A stretch of DNA of 64,000 nucleotides from Deltaproteobacteria bacterium (GTDB lineage: Bacteria > Desulfobacterota > Desulfobaccia > Desulfobaccales > 0-14-0-80-60-11): NCBI GenBank assembly GCA_021813445.1, contig JAKAKP010000059.1:20002-84001 (forward strand), in the 5' to 3' direction. Of this stretch, positions 18,359-27,296 are shown one piece after another; the stretch's first letter is position 1, and each line of letters starts with the position of its first letter. The notes below the pieces were generated by a model. The model worked only from the letters and a program-made list of their open reading frames with translations. It was not told where the DNA came from and made no database searches. The translations under genes and the position numbers were made by a program.

Positions 18359-19651
18359 ATGGAAAAAGAATACTTTAAAAAAATCCTAAACTTTGGCGGG
18401 GGAAGTGATCAAATCATTCCCTATGACCAGTTCAACCTTCTTATTCCCGAAGAGGAGGATGATTCTTTAGGTTTTCCGGAAAACTACGAGGTTTTGCCGG
18501 AAGAGGCTTTGGAGGGAGAATTGTCCCCTGGCCCCTTAAGCCTGGGAGAAGAAGCAGAGGAAGATCTGGAGGAAGGCCTGGAAGCTCAGGATATCCCGGA
18601 ACATGAGGGCTTGGTAGCCGCTTACTTCCGGGAAATGCTGCGCTATTCCATCCTCTCCCCGGAAGAAGAACGGAACCTGGGCCGCATCATCAAGGAAGGC
18701 CAGGAATCTATCTTTAACCTGGTCTCCGGTGTTGAGTCCACCCTGGAAGAGATTCGTTACCTGCAAAAGAAGATCAACGACTGGTTTCAAACTCCGGAAA
18801 AGAGCGCCCAGGCTAAGGAAAAGCTCTTCAAGGACATCCATAAAAAGCTGTTTTGGATTGAACGGCATTATCCCGAGGCCACGGAAATCAAAGAACTGGC
18901 CCACAGCATCCAGGCCATGGAATCGGAAGTGACCCAGGCCCGGGATCAGATGATTAAGGCCAATCTGCGCCTGGTGGTGAGCATCGCCAAAAAGTACCTG
19001 CACCGGGGCTTGAGTTTCTCCGATCTCATCCAGGAAGGCAATCTGGGGCTGATGAAGGCCGTGACCCGGTATGACTATACCACCGGTTACCGTTTAAGCA
19101 CCTTTGCGTCCTGGTGGATCCGGCAGACCATCACCCGGGCCATTTACGACAAGACCCGGACCATCCGCATTCCGGTGCATCTGCAGGAGATCCGCAACCG
19201 CTGCTACCGCGCCTTTTATGATCTTTTAAAGGAATTGGGCCGGGAGCCGAATTTAAAAGAAATTGCCGCGCGTTCCGGCGTGCCCGAGGACAAGATCCTC
19301 ATGGTCACCAATCTCTCCGATGAGCTGATCTCTCTGGAGACCCCTGTGGGGGATGAAGGGGACCGGCTGGGGGATTTCATCCGCAATGACAAAGCGGTTT
19401 CCCCCTATGAAGCCATTCTGGAGTCTCAGCTCACGGAAAAGACGGGCACCATTTTGACTACTCTGACCCAACGGGAAGAGAAAATCATGAAGATGCGCTT
19501 CGGCGTCGGCGAAGAAGTGGAGCATACCCTGGAAGAGATCGGGCGGGCCTTTAAGGTCTCCCGGGAGCGCATTCGCCAAATCGAGAAAAAGGCGCTGAAA
19601 CGTCTCAAACACCCCACCCGCAAAGCGGCTCTGGAAGATTTCCTGGAATAG
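18359..19651 (+). CDS. Sigma-70 family RNA polymerase sigma factor (RpoD-like, group 1/2)
   Basis: Acidic N-terminus. Region 2 DLIQEGNLGLMKAVTRYDYTTGYRLSTFASWWIRQTITRAI. Region 4.2 TLEEIGRAFKVSRERIRQIEKKALKRLKHP. Confidence 0.9.
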   Translation: MEKEYFKKILNFGGGSDQIIPYDQFNLLIPEEEDDSLGFPENYEVLPEEALEGELSPGPLSLGEEAEEDLEEGLEAQDIPEHEGLVAAYFREMLRYSILSPEEERNLGRIIKEGQESIFNLVSGVESTLEEIRYLQKKINDWFQTPEKSAQAKEKLFKDIHKKLFWIERHYPEATEIKELAHSIQAMESEVTQARDQMIKANLRLVVSIAKKYLHRGLSFSDLIQEGNLGLMKAVTRYDYTTGYRLSTFASWWIRQTITRAIYDKTRTIRIPVHLQEIRNRCYRAFYDLLKELGREPNLKEIAARSGVPEDKILMVTNLSDELISLETPVGDEGDRLGDFIRNDKAVSPYEAILESQLTEKTGTILTTLTQREEKIMKMRFGVGEEVEHTLEEIGRAFKVSRERIRQIEKKALKRLKHPTRKAALEDFLE

Positions 19652-19710
19652 AACCTGGGAAGAGCCCAGCCCTGTGGCCATGTGACGACTGCGTCAGGGG
19701 AGGATGAAGA

Positions 19711-20097
19711 ATGGCAGGACTGAGTTCCGAAAGACAAGCAGAAGTAAAAGAACGGCTGGTGGCCCGGAAACAGAACCTCTGGCTGGAAGTGAAACAACAG
19801 CTCAAGACCAGTATCGGCGACGGCTATCAGGAGATGCTGGCCACCGCCCGGGACGAAGAAGATCAGGCCTCGGTCAGCCTCCTGGCGGAAACCCAACTCT
19901 CCCTGCTGGGACCCAAGCGGCAGGAATTGGAGGCCATCGAAGCGGCCCTGCAACGGCTGGAAAACGGCAACTACGGCCTCTGCGAAAACTGCGGCCTGCC
20001 CATTGAGCCCCGGCGGCTGGAAATCATGCCGGAAACTCCCCTCTGCCGCAATTGCCAATCCCAAAGGGAGAAGCTGGCCAAGGCCACAGCCCGCTAA
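19711..20097 (+). CDS. DksA/TraR family C4-type zinc-finger protein
   Basis: Coiled-coil N-terminus and ENGNYGLCENCGLPIEPRRLEIMPETPLCRNCQ. Confidence 0.85.
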   Translation: MAGLSSERQAEVKERLVARKQNLWLEVKQQLKTSIGDGYQEMLATARDEEDQASVSLLAETQLSLLGPKRQELEAIEAALQRLENGNYGLCENCGLPIEPRRLEIMPETPLCRNCQSQREKLAKATAR

Positions 20098-20122
20098 CCT
20101 AAATAAAAGTGAAAATATCAAA

Positions 20123-20151
20123 GGCGGAAGGGTTTCCCTTCCGCCTTTTTT
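20123..20151. terminator. Rho-independent terminator between convergent genes
   Basis: ggcggaaggg tttc ccttccgcc followed by tttttt. Confidence 0.8.
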
Positions 20152-20173
20152 GTTGGCCCGCCAAGGGAGCCTT

Positions 20174-21442
20174 TCAGCTGGATTCGATTTGTCTAGTATA
20201 GGTGATGCCATAACGCTTCATCCGGTTCCAAACGGTTACCCGGGAAACCCCCAGGATTTCCGCGGCCACCGATTGGTTGCCCTGAGCCCGGGCCAGGGCA
20301 TCAATGAGCCGCCGTTTCTTGATTTCCTCCCTGCTGAGGGCTATGACGTTCGCGTCTTTGAGGGATTTTTCGCCGTTAAGGATATCAGGCGGCAGATGAT
20401 GCGGCTGAATCAAGGCCTCCTGGCAGGTAACAAAGGCGTATTCGAAGGCGCTTTTGAGTTCGCGCACATTGCCGGGCCAGAGATGCTTCATGAGAACTTC
20501 CAAGGTCAATTTGCTTATGCCCTCTATATCTTTGCCTCTCTTGATGCGCAGCTTCTGAAAGAAGGATTCCGCCAACAAAGGAATGTCCCTGATCCGCTCT
20601 CGCAGTGGCGGCATTTGAATGGGGATGACATTGATCCGAAAGTAGAGGTCTTTTCTGAAGGCTCCGGTTTTAACCAGGCTGGACAGGTCCTTATTCGTTG
20701 CCGAGATGACCCGCACGTCTACCGGGATGGACTTGCTGTCGCCTACGCGTTCGATGACTTTTTCTTCCAACACCCGGAGGAGTTTTACCTGGGTGGAAAG
20801 GGGCAGATCGCCTATCTCATCGAGAAAGATATCGCCGCCCTGAGCCATTTCAAATCTTCCAGCCCGGTCCTTGTAGGCGCCGGTGTAGGCCCCCTTTACA
20901 TGCCCGAAGAGCTCGCTTTCCAGGAGTGATTCCGTCAACGCCGCGCAGTTCACTTTGACATAAGGACCTTTTTTGCGCTCCCCCAACTGGTGGATCGCCC
21001 GGGCTACGAGTTCCTTGCCGGTGCCGCTCTCTCCCAGAATAATCACCGGTGCATCGGATTGGGCCGCATTGTCGATGAGAGAGAACACCTGCTTCATGGA
21101 TGTGGAGGCCCCGATCAAGCCCTGAAAGGCATCTTCAGAGCGCATGTGCCGGCGGAACGCCGCGATCTGCTTGTCCCTCTCAACGATCTCGGTGATATCG
21201 GTGATCGTCTCGACCGCGCCGATCACTCTCCCTTGGCTGTCATGCAGCAGGGAGGCATTCTTGAGCACCGGTACATAGCTGCCGCCTTTCCTCATAATCG
21301 TACAGCGGCGCATATTCATGCAGCCGGTTTTAAAGAGAAGACACCAATGTTCCCCGCATTTTTCCCGAGCCAGACTATAGACACTACAATTTAAAATGGA
21401 GCATTTCTGGCCGATAAGCTCCTGGTGACTATAATCCGTCAT
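20174..21442 (-). CDS. Sigma-54-dependent transcriptional activator (Cys-rich partial PAS + AAA+ + Fis HTH)
   Basis: Walker A GESGTGKELVARAIH. Sigma-54 contact loop ELFGHVKGAYTGA (GAFTGA variant). Walker B IFLDEIGD. C-terminal HTH AAEILGVSRVTVWNRMKRYGI. The N-terminal sensor appears truncated (see findings). Confidence 0.9.
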   Translation of the reverse strand: MTDYSHQELIGQKCSILNCSVYSLAREKCGEHWCLLFKTGCMNMRRCTIMRKGGSYVPVLKNASLLHDSQGRVIGAVETITDITEIVERDKQIAAFRRHMRSEDAFQGLIGASTSMKQVFSLIDNAAQSDAPVIILGESGTGKELVARAIHQLGERKKGPYVKVNCAALTESLLESELFGHVKGAYTGAYKDRAGRFEMAQGGDIFLDEIGDLPLSTQVKLLRVLEEKVIERVGDSKSIPVDVRVISATNKDLSSLVKTGAFRKDLYFRINVIPIQMPPLRERIRDIPLLAESFFQKLRIKRGKDIEGISKLTLEVLMKHLWPGNVRELKSAFEYAFVTCQEALIQPHHLPPDILNGEKSLKDANVIALSREEIKKRRLIDALARAQGNQSVAAEILGVSRVTVWNRMKRYGITYTRQIESS

Positions 21443-21746
21443 ATTTCCAGGGCCTTATTTACTGAAAGGATAGAGCCAGTCGTGTCCACCACTATGATGC
21501 CATCCCGGATGGTATCCACAATGGTCTTTCAATATCTATCAGCCTCTTCTTCAAACATGTTCACCTCATCTTCAGCTTAAATCCTCAATACCTGTTCCAC
21601 AAGAAGTCCAAATTTGAACAATTTGAACATATGTTAAGAAATTAATTAATTTTTTAACAGCATATTTTATGCCAAATAATTCAGACCTTCAGGCTAAGCC
21701 AAAATCCGCTAATCAAGACCATCATACACTGTTTCATTTTGCAATA

Positions 21747-21780
21747 GGTGTTAAAAATAAATTTTAGCATTTTTAACACC
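21747..21780. promoter_or_regulatory. Perfect 12-bp inverted repeat, candidate enhancer (UAS) for the adjacent sigma-54 activator
   Basis: GGTGTTAAAAAT-aaattttagc-ATTTTTAACACC, about 75-110 bp upstream of the -24/-12 promoter, in the divergent intergenic region. Confidence 0.5.
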
Positions 21781-21855
21781 ATCTTTCTTAAGCCTCCCAG
21801 TCAGCAAACAGAAAATATCCTAAAATAACAGATACATGTGGACCTTATTCCCTGG

Positions 21856-21870
21856 TGGCACTAAATTTGC
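21856..21870 (+). promoter_or_regulatory. Sigma-54 (-24/-12) promoter, TGGCAC-N5-TTGC
   Basis: tggcac taaat ttgc matches the TGGCAC-N5-TTGC consensus exactly. It is divergent from a sigma-54 activator gene and lies 44 nt upstream of the proposed TTG start with RBS GAAGGAG. Confidence 0.75.
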
Positions 21871-21913
21871 CCATGCTTGGGCGGGATTGAACAAAAGAAG
21901 GAGCCTAAAGGCG

Positions 21914-22153
21914 TTGAAGCCCAAAGCCAATTATGTCCTTGATTTTAGCCAAACTATCACCCCCGTTGCTCTGCTCAAAATGACGCAGGTGATGCGGGAG
22001 ATGAATAAGGATGAGGTTTTGGAAATTATCACGCGAGATACGGTAGCCCGGACGGACGTCTTCAAATTGATTCCCACGGCGTCCTGCGAAGTGATCGACA
22101 TGGAGTTTAACAAGGACGCCAATTTTTTTCGAATTCGGGTGAAAAGAGTTTGA
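21914..22153 (+). CDS. TusA/SirA-fold protein lacking the conserved cysteine
   Basis: YVLDFSQTITPVALLKMTQVMREMNKDEVLEIITRD...FFRIRVKR aligns by eye to E. coli TusA (LDALGLRCPEPVMMVRK...), with Thr (21959-21961) in place of the catalytic Cys. Start moved to TTG 21914 because the sigma-54 promoter lies inside the longer track ORF (21836). Confidence 0.6.
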   Translation: MKPKANYVLDFSQTITPVALLKMTQVMREMNKDEVLEIITRDTVARTDVFKLIPTASCEVIDMEFNKDANFFRIRVKRV

Positions 22154-22191
22154 AGCCCGAAGCGGGCGGAGACCAAAGGAAGAGAGAGCCA

Positions 22192-23064
22192 ATGAGTTTT
22201 CAAGAACGATTATCGACCGGTGAGTTTGTGATCCTGGCAGAGATGAACACTCCCAAGGGCGTTGACACCTCGCCGCTGGTTTCCCTGGCGCGCCGGCTCA
22301 AAGGCCGGGTTGATGCGGTCACCGTGCCGGATATGGACAATGGCATCATGCGGATGAGCGCCCTGGCGGGTGCGGTGATTCTCAACCAGCAGGGAATTGA
22401 GCCGATTCTCCATGTCTATTGCCGGGACCGGAACCGGATGGCCTTACAGGGCGATATTTTGACGGCCTATGCCCTGGGCATCCAAAATCTGGTGGTGGTG
22501 GACAGCGAAGACATCGCCAATTGCGATCATCAAGAGACCATGCCCGTAAATGACCTGGATGAGCTGGGGCTCATAGGTGCAATTCGTTCCCTGCAGCAAG
22601 GGGTGGATCTGGCCGGTCTGGAGCTCAATGGCGCCCCGAAATTCGTGGTTGGCTGCACCATGGCTCAATATGCGGATGAACAGGCTCTGGAGCGCGAGCT
22701 TGAGGCCACCAGAAAGAAGGTGGAAGGAGGAGCGGAATTCGTAGTGACCCCGGCGGTTTACGACTTGAAGCTCTTTTCCTCGTTCATGGACCGGGCCGAG
22801 AGCTTGGGAGTGCCGATCATTGCCACGGTATTTCTGCTTAAATCCGTGGGCTCGGCCCGCTACATCGCCAACACCGAACCGGCTTCCGGAATTTCGGAAG
22901 AATTGATCCGCAGGATTCGGAAGGCCTCCGACCGGGAAATGGAATGCCTGCGTCTGGCCGGCGAGACTGCTGCGGCTCTCAAGGAACTGGCGCAGGGAGT
23001 CCGGTTCGTGACCCTGGGCTGGGAGCACCGGCTGCCGGCAATCCTGGACTATGCCGGTCTTTAA
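22192..23064 (+). CDS. Methylenetetrahydrofolate reductase family protein (MetF paralog)
   Basis: MSFQERLSTGEFVILAEMNTPKG...PILHVYCRDRNRMALQGDILTAYALGIQNLVVV is clearly paralogous to the downstream MetF (PILQMVTRDRNRLAMQSDILGAYSHGI...). Confidence 0.8.
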   Translation: MSFQERLSTGEFVILAEMNTPKGVDTSPLVSLARRLKGRVDAVTVPDMDNGIMRMSALAGAVILNQQGIEPILHVYCRDRNRMALQGDILTAYALGIQNLVVVDSEDIANCDHQETMPVNDLDELGLIGAIRSLQQGVDLAGLELNGAPKFVVGCTMAQYADEQALERELEATRKKVEGGAEFVVTPAVYDLKLFSSFMDRAESLGVPIIATVFLLKSVGSARYIANTEPASGISEELIRRIRKASDREMECLRLAGETAAALKELAQGVRFVTLGWEHRLPAILDYAGL

Positions 23065-23111
23065 TGCCGTCGCGCGGATATCGAACTCTTACAGGGAAGA
23101 ACAGGATACTC

Positions 23112-26100
23112 ATGTCAGAACAAAAAAGATTCCAACCAAGTAATAGGGTGCTGGTGGTCGGCGGGGGCATGGGTGGCATCAGGGCCGCTCTGGATCTGGC
23201 GGAAACCGGCCGGGACGTGGTGTTGGTCGATAAAGGCTTTGCCATCGGCGGCCTCATGACCCAACTCGATCGGACCTTTCCCACCAATAATTGCGATCTC
23301 TGCACCCTGTCACCCCATTTATCGGCCAGCGGCCGCAAACTGCACATCCAGCTCATGGCAATGACAAAGTTGTGCGGCCTTGACGGGGAAGCAGGCCATT
23401 TCAAGGCTACCCTCACCACTGCGCCCCGGTACATCGACCTGATGAAATGCACGGGGTGCGGCGAGTGTTTTCGCAAATTTCCCGAATCGGTGCGCTTCAT
23501 CCCCGGTCTGGATCATCGGGCGCCCACCTGTATGCGGTATCCCCAGGGGACCCCGTTCGCTTACTCCATTATCAAGGATGAGCGGACCGATTTTGCCGGT
23601 CTGGCCGGCGTTTGCCCGGCCGGGGCGATACTACCCGACGACGCCGAAAAGGTGCAGGAAATCGAAATTGGCTCCATCATCCTGGCGCCCGGGGCCGAGG
23701 TGTTCAATCCTCAAATCCTGGACTCTTACCGTTATAGCAGGCATCCGAACGTGGTCACCAGCCTGGAATACGAGCGGATTCTCTCTGCGTCTGGGCCGAC
23801 CAAGGGGGACCTCGTGCGCCCTTCCGACGGGAAAAGGCCCCGCAAGATCGCCTGGATTCAATGCGTCGGCTCCCGGGGCATCCAGGAGGGCTCGGTGCCT
23901 TATTGTTCGAGCGCCTGCTGCATGTTTGCCCTGAAAGAAGCCATCGTCACCCGGGAGCGCTTCTATGAGGATGTGGAGACGACCCTGTTCTACATGGACA
24001 TGCGCACCTCGGGGAAAGATTACGAGCTCTACCTCCAGCGGGCTATCAACGATTATGGCATCCGCCTGGTGCGGGCCCGTCCCCATAGCGTGGAATCAGT
24101 CATGGAGGCCGGGACCCCTGCGGGCGACCTCCTGATCAGATACCTGGCGCAGGGCGAGGACTCCTTGAAGACAGAAAACTTCGATATGGTGGTTCTCGCC
24201 ACCGGCTTCCGGGTGTCCCCGGAAGCAAAGGATCTGGCCGCCAAAATCGGCGTCGATCTTAATGAACACGGCTTTGCCCGCGCGGGCAGCTTCGATCCCG
24301 TGGCCACCTCCAGGCCCGGAATTTATGTCTGCGGCATGTTCGAAAGTCCCAAGGACATTCCCGACACCATGGTCCAGGCCAGCGCCGCGGCTGCCGCGGC
24401 TGCCAAGGATCTCACGCCGCTGCGGGTCGTGGCGCAAGCCAGAGAGGAACTGCCGCCGGAGCGGGAGGTAGCGGGGGAAGTGCCGCGGATCGGGGTTTTT
24501 GTGTGCGACTGCGGCCTCAATATCGGCGGCGTGGTCAACGTAGAGGAGATCGCCGCCAGTGCGGCGTCGCTGCCCCAGGTGGTGGTGGCCGAAACCATAG
24601 GCCATGGCTGCAGCCGCGAATCTCTGGAGCATATCCAGGCCACGATCTGGTCGAAGCGTCTCAACCGGGTGGTGGTGGGAGCCTGCTCGCCTCGGACGCA
24701 TGAAGGACTCTTCCAGGAAGCCGTGCGCCGGGCGGGCTTGAACAAGTACCTGGTGGAAATCGCCAATCTGAGGGACCAGGATACCTGGGTCCATCGGGAC
24801 CTGCCCTCCGCGGCCGCGGCCAAGGCCAAGGACCTGATGCGCATGGCCGTGGCCTCGGTGCGCCTGGCCCGCCCGCTCGCAGACCAGACCCTGCCGATGA
24901 ACAAGGATGTCCTGGTGGTGGGCGGCGGCATTGCCGGGATGACGGCTTCGCTGCGGCTTGCAGACCTAGGATACAAGGTCCATCTGGTGGAACGCCTGAA
25001 AGAACTCGGCGGAGTAGCAAAGCAGATGCGCCGGACCCTTGAGGGCGAAGACGTGCGGGCCTTTGTCGATGATCTCATCAAGAGAACGGAAGGGCACGAC
25101 CGCATTAAGGTGTGGAAGCAGGCCATGGTGGTGGATCACTCGGGCATGGCCGGGATGTTCCGGACGGGCCTGCAGGTGGGACCCCAGATGTTCTACCGGG
25201 AAATCCGGCATGGCATCACGATTCTGGCGACGGGAGCACTCCCCCATCGCCCGGATGAGTACTATTGGGGCCGGCATCGGGCGGTGCGGACGCAACTCGA
25301 ACTGGAGGCCTTCCTGGAAGACCACTCTGAAGATGTCCAGGTCTGGGACAAGGTCGTCATGATCCAATGCGTCGGCTCCCGGGTCCCGGAAAATCCCAAC
25401 TGTTCCCGGGTATGCTGCCAGGCGGCAGTCAAGAATGCCCTAAAGATCCTGGAGATCAACCCCAAAGCCCAGATCGTCGTGCTTTACCGCGATATGCGCA
25501 CGCCGGGGTTCGAGGAGGATTATTATCGGCAGGCAAGGGAGAAGGGGGTTATTTTTGCCGCCTATAACCCGGAAGCCCGACCGGTGGTCGAACCGGAGGG
25601 CGGCAAAGTGGCCGTGCGCTTCACCGACCCGATTTTGGGGCGGGAATTAACGGTTTCGGCGGATTGTCTGGCCCTGAGCACCGGGATGATAGCCGACGAG
25701 GAGTCAACCGAAGATCTCGGCATGATCTTTCACCTGCCCAGAACCCCGGATGGCTATTTTCTCGAGGACCATATCAAGCTCAGACCCATCGATCTGCCCA
25801 TCCCCGGGTTTTTTGTGGCTGGCACCGCGCACGCGCCCAAGACCATCCGCGAGACCATCGCCCAGGCGCAGGCCGCCGCAGGCCGGGCCCAGACTTTCCT
25901 GGCCCGGGACAGCATCAACCTGGGGGCGGCTGTGGCCCGGGTGTATGGGGAGTTGTGCGCCGCCTGCCTTATATGCGTGAGGTCCTGCCCCTTCGGGGTG
26001 CCGTTCATCAACGAGGAAGGATACTCCGAGATCGATCCTTCCAAGTGCCACGGCTGCGGCGTCTGTGCCTCGGAATGTCCTGCCAAGGCGATTCAACTCA

Positions 26101-26162
26101 GGCAATACGAGGATGATCATATCATGGCGAAAATAGACGGACTTATGGAAGGGATCAGGTGA
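23112..26162 (+). CDS. Large HdrA-like flavoprotein/Fe-S oxidoreductase (two FAD/NAD Rossmann modules + 2x[4Fe-4S] ferredoxin domain)
   Basis: VLVVGGGMGGIRAALDLAE and VLVVGGGIAGMTASLRLAD dinucleotide folds. HdrA-type Cys motifs (FPTNNCDLCT, CTGCGEC). C-terminal CAACLICVRSCP...CHGCGVCASECP. Start trimmed to ATG 23112. Confidence 0.85.
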   Translation: MSEQKRFQPSNRVLVVGGGMGGIRAALDLAETGRDVVLVDKGFAIGGLMTQLDRTFPTNNCDLCTLSPHLSASGRKLHIQLMAMTKLCGLDGEAGHFKATLTTAPRYIDLMKCTGCGECFRKFPESVRFIPGLDHRAPTCMRYPQGTPFAYSIIKDERTDFAGLAGVCPAGAILPDDAEKVQEIEIGSIILAPGAEVFNPQILDSYRYSRHPNVVTSLEYERILSASGPTKGDLVRPSDGKRPRKIAWIQCVGSRGIQEGSVPYCSSACCMFALKEAIVTRERFYEDVETTLFYMDMRTSGKDYELYLQRAINDYGIRLVRARPHSVESVMEAGTPAGDLLIRYLAQGEDSLKTENFDMVVLATGFRVSPEAKDLAAKIGVDLNEHGFARAGSFDPVATSRPGIYVCGMFESPKDIPDTMVQASAAAAAAAKDLTPLRVVAQAREELPPEREVAGEVPRIGVFVCDCGLNIGGVVNVEEIAASAASLPQVVVAETIGHGCSRESLEHIQATIWSKRLNRVVVGACSPRTHEGLFQEAVRRAGLNKYLVEIANLRDQDTWVHRDLPSAAAAKAKDLMRMAVASVRLARPLADQTLPMNKDVLVVGGGIAGMTASLRLADLGYKVHLVERLKELGGVAKQMRRTLEGEDVRAFVDDLIKRTEGHDRIKVWKQAMVVDHSGMAGMFRTGLQVGPQMFYREIRHGITILATGALPHRPDEYYWGRHRAVRTQLELEAFLEDHSEDVQVWDKVVMIQCVGSRVPENPNCSRVCCQAAVKNALKILEINPKAQIVVLYRDMRTPGFEEDYYRQAREKGVIFAAYNPEARPVVEPEGGKVAVRFTDPILGRELTVSADCLALSTGMIADEESTEDLGMIFHLPRTPDGYFLEDHIKLRPIDLPIPGFFVAGTAHAPKTIRETIAQAQAAAGRAQTFLARDSINLGAAVARVYGELCAACLICVRSCPFGVPFINEEGYSEIDPSKCHGCGVCASECPAKAIQLRQYEDDHIMAKIDGLMEGIR

Positions 26163-26599
26163 TGGAAAATTTCGAACCGGTAATTTTGGCTTTCTGTTGC
26201 CATTACTGTGCTTACACCGCGGCGGACATGGCGGGCAGCATGAGGCTGCGTTATCCGCCCAATGTGAAAATCATCCGGGTGCCTTGCTCGGGTAAGGTGG
26301 ATGCGATCCACATCATGAAATCCCTGGAAAAAGGGGCCGACGGGGTTTATGTGGCCGGCTGCCTGGAAGGGGATTGCCACTTCAAGAACGGCAATGGCAG
26401 GGCAACTCACCGGGTGGAATACCTGAAGAAACTCCTTGATGAAATCGGCATCGGCGGGGAACGGGTGGAAATGTTCGCCATGTCCGCAGGTATGGGCGAG
26501 CGCTTTGCGCAAACCGCCACGGATTTCACTGAGAAGATTCGGCAACTCGGGCCTAATCCCGTTAAGGCCGCGCCTCAAAATCAGCGGGCCGCAGGTTGA
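26159..26599 (+). CDS. mvhD: Methyl-viologen-reducing hydrogenase delta subunit-like protein (MvhD)
   Basis: ILAFCCHYCAYTAADMAG...IRVPCSGKVD...VAGCLEGDCHF, the MvhD/FlpD signature. Confidence 0.9.
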   Translation: MMENFEPVILAFCCHYCAYTAADMAGSMRLRYPPNVKIIRVPCSGKVDAIHIMKSLEKGADGVYVAGCLEGDCHFKNGNGRATHRVEYLKKLLDEIGIGGERVEMFAMSAGMGERFAQTATDFTEKIRQLGPNPVKAAPQNQRAAG

Positions 26600-26627
26600 C
26601 TCGCCAGGAACAGGAGACTGAACAGAG

Positions 26628-27296
26628 ATGATTACTGCCGAACGAAAACCTATAGAAGAGCTGATCCAGAGCGTCAAGCCGTATCGCAGCATTCTGCTGG
26701 CCGGCTGTAACGAGTGCGTCACGGTCTGCGCCGCGGGCGGCCGCAAAGAGGTGGGGGTGCTGGCTTCGGCGCTGAAGATGCACTTTCTGAAAGCGGGCAA
26801 GCCCTTCGAAATTCAGGAGATAACGCTGGAACGCCAGTGTGATCCCGAATATGTCGAGCAGCTGGCGTCGAACCTCGACCAGGTGGACGCGGTGCTGTCC
26901 ATGGCCTGCGGCTGCGGGGTCCAGGAAGTTGCCCGGCGCTTTCATAACAAACCGGTCTTCCCGGCCCTGAACACCAAGTTCATGGGCGCCTCCGAGCGCC
27001 AGGGCGTCTGGAGCGAGCGCTGCCAGGGCTGTGGCGACTGTGTCTTGGGGTACACAGGCGGTATCTGTCCCGTGGCCCGGTGCTCGAAGCAATTGTTTAA
27101 CGGCCCCTGTGGCGGCTCCAGCAACGGCAAGTGCGAAGTGGACCCCAATGTCGACTGTGCCTGGCAGCTCATCTGGGACCGCCTCAAAGCCCTGGGGATG
27201 ACGGAAAGGTACGAGGAGAACCTGCCGGCCAAAGACTGGCGTCCTGCAGGGGGCGCAGGGCCGCGCAGAATTATCAGAGAGGATATGGCGCTATGA
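26628..27296 (+). CDS. metV: Methylene-THF reductase-associated Fe-S/zinc-ribbon subunit (MetV-like)
   Basis: GCNECVTVCAAGG...CQGCGDCVLGYTGGICPVARCSKQLFNGPCGGSSNGKCEVD. ATGA overlap with metF. Confidence 0.8.
   Translation: MITAERKPIEELIQSVKPYRSILLAGCNECVTVCAAGGRKEVGVLASALKMHFLKAGKPFEIQEITLERQCDPEYVEQLASNLDQVDAVLSMACGCGVQEVARRFHNKPVFPALNTKFMGASERQGVWSERCQGCGDCVLGYTGGICPVARCSKQLFNGPCGGSSNGKCEVDPNVDCAWQLIWDRLKALGMTERYEENLPAKDWRPAGGAGPRRIIREDMAL

Noticed and set aside
21529-21531. In-frame TGA upstream of the sigma-54 activator as a possible selenocysteine codon.
   Set aside because: The position is in a PAS N-cap where Sec has no precedent that I know of. It is accompanied by a separate frameshift 90 nt downstream. 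No SECIS-like hairpin was evident. Nonsense mutation or sequencing error is the simpler explanation.
21836-21913. Upstream extension of the TusA-like ORF (track start ATG 21836).
   Set aside because: A consensus sigma-54 promoter (21856-21870) lies inside it. The extension (MWTLFPGGTKFAHAWAGLNKRRS...) has no TusA homology. A TTG at 21914 with a GAAGGAG RBS gives a typical 79-aa TusA-size protein.
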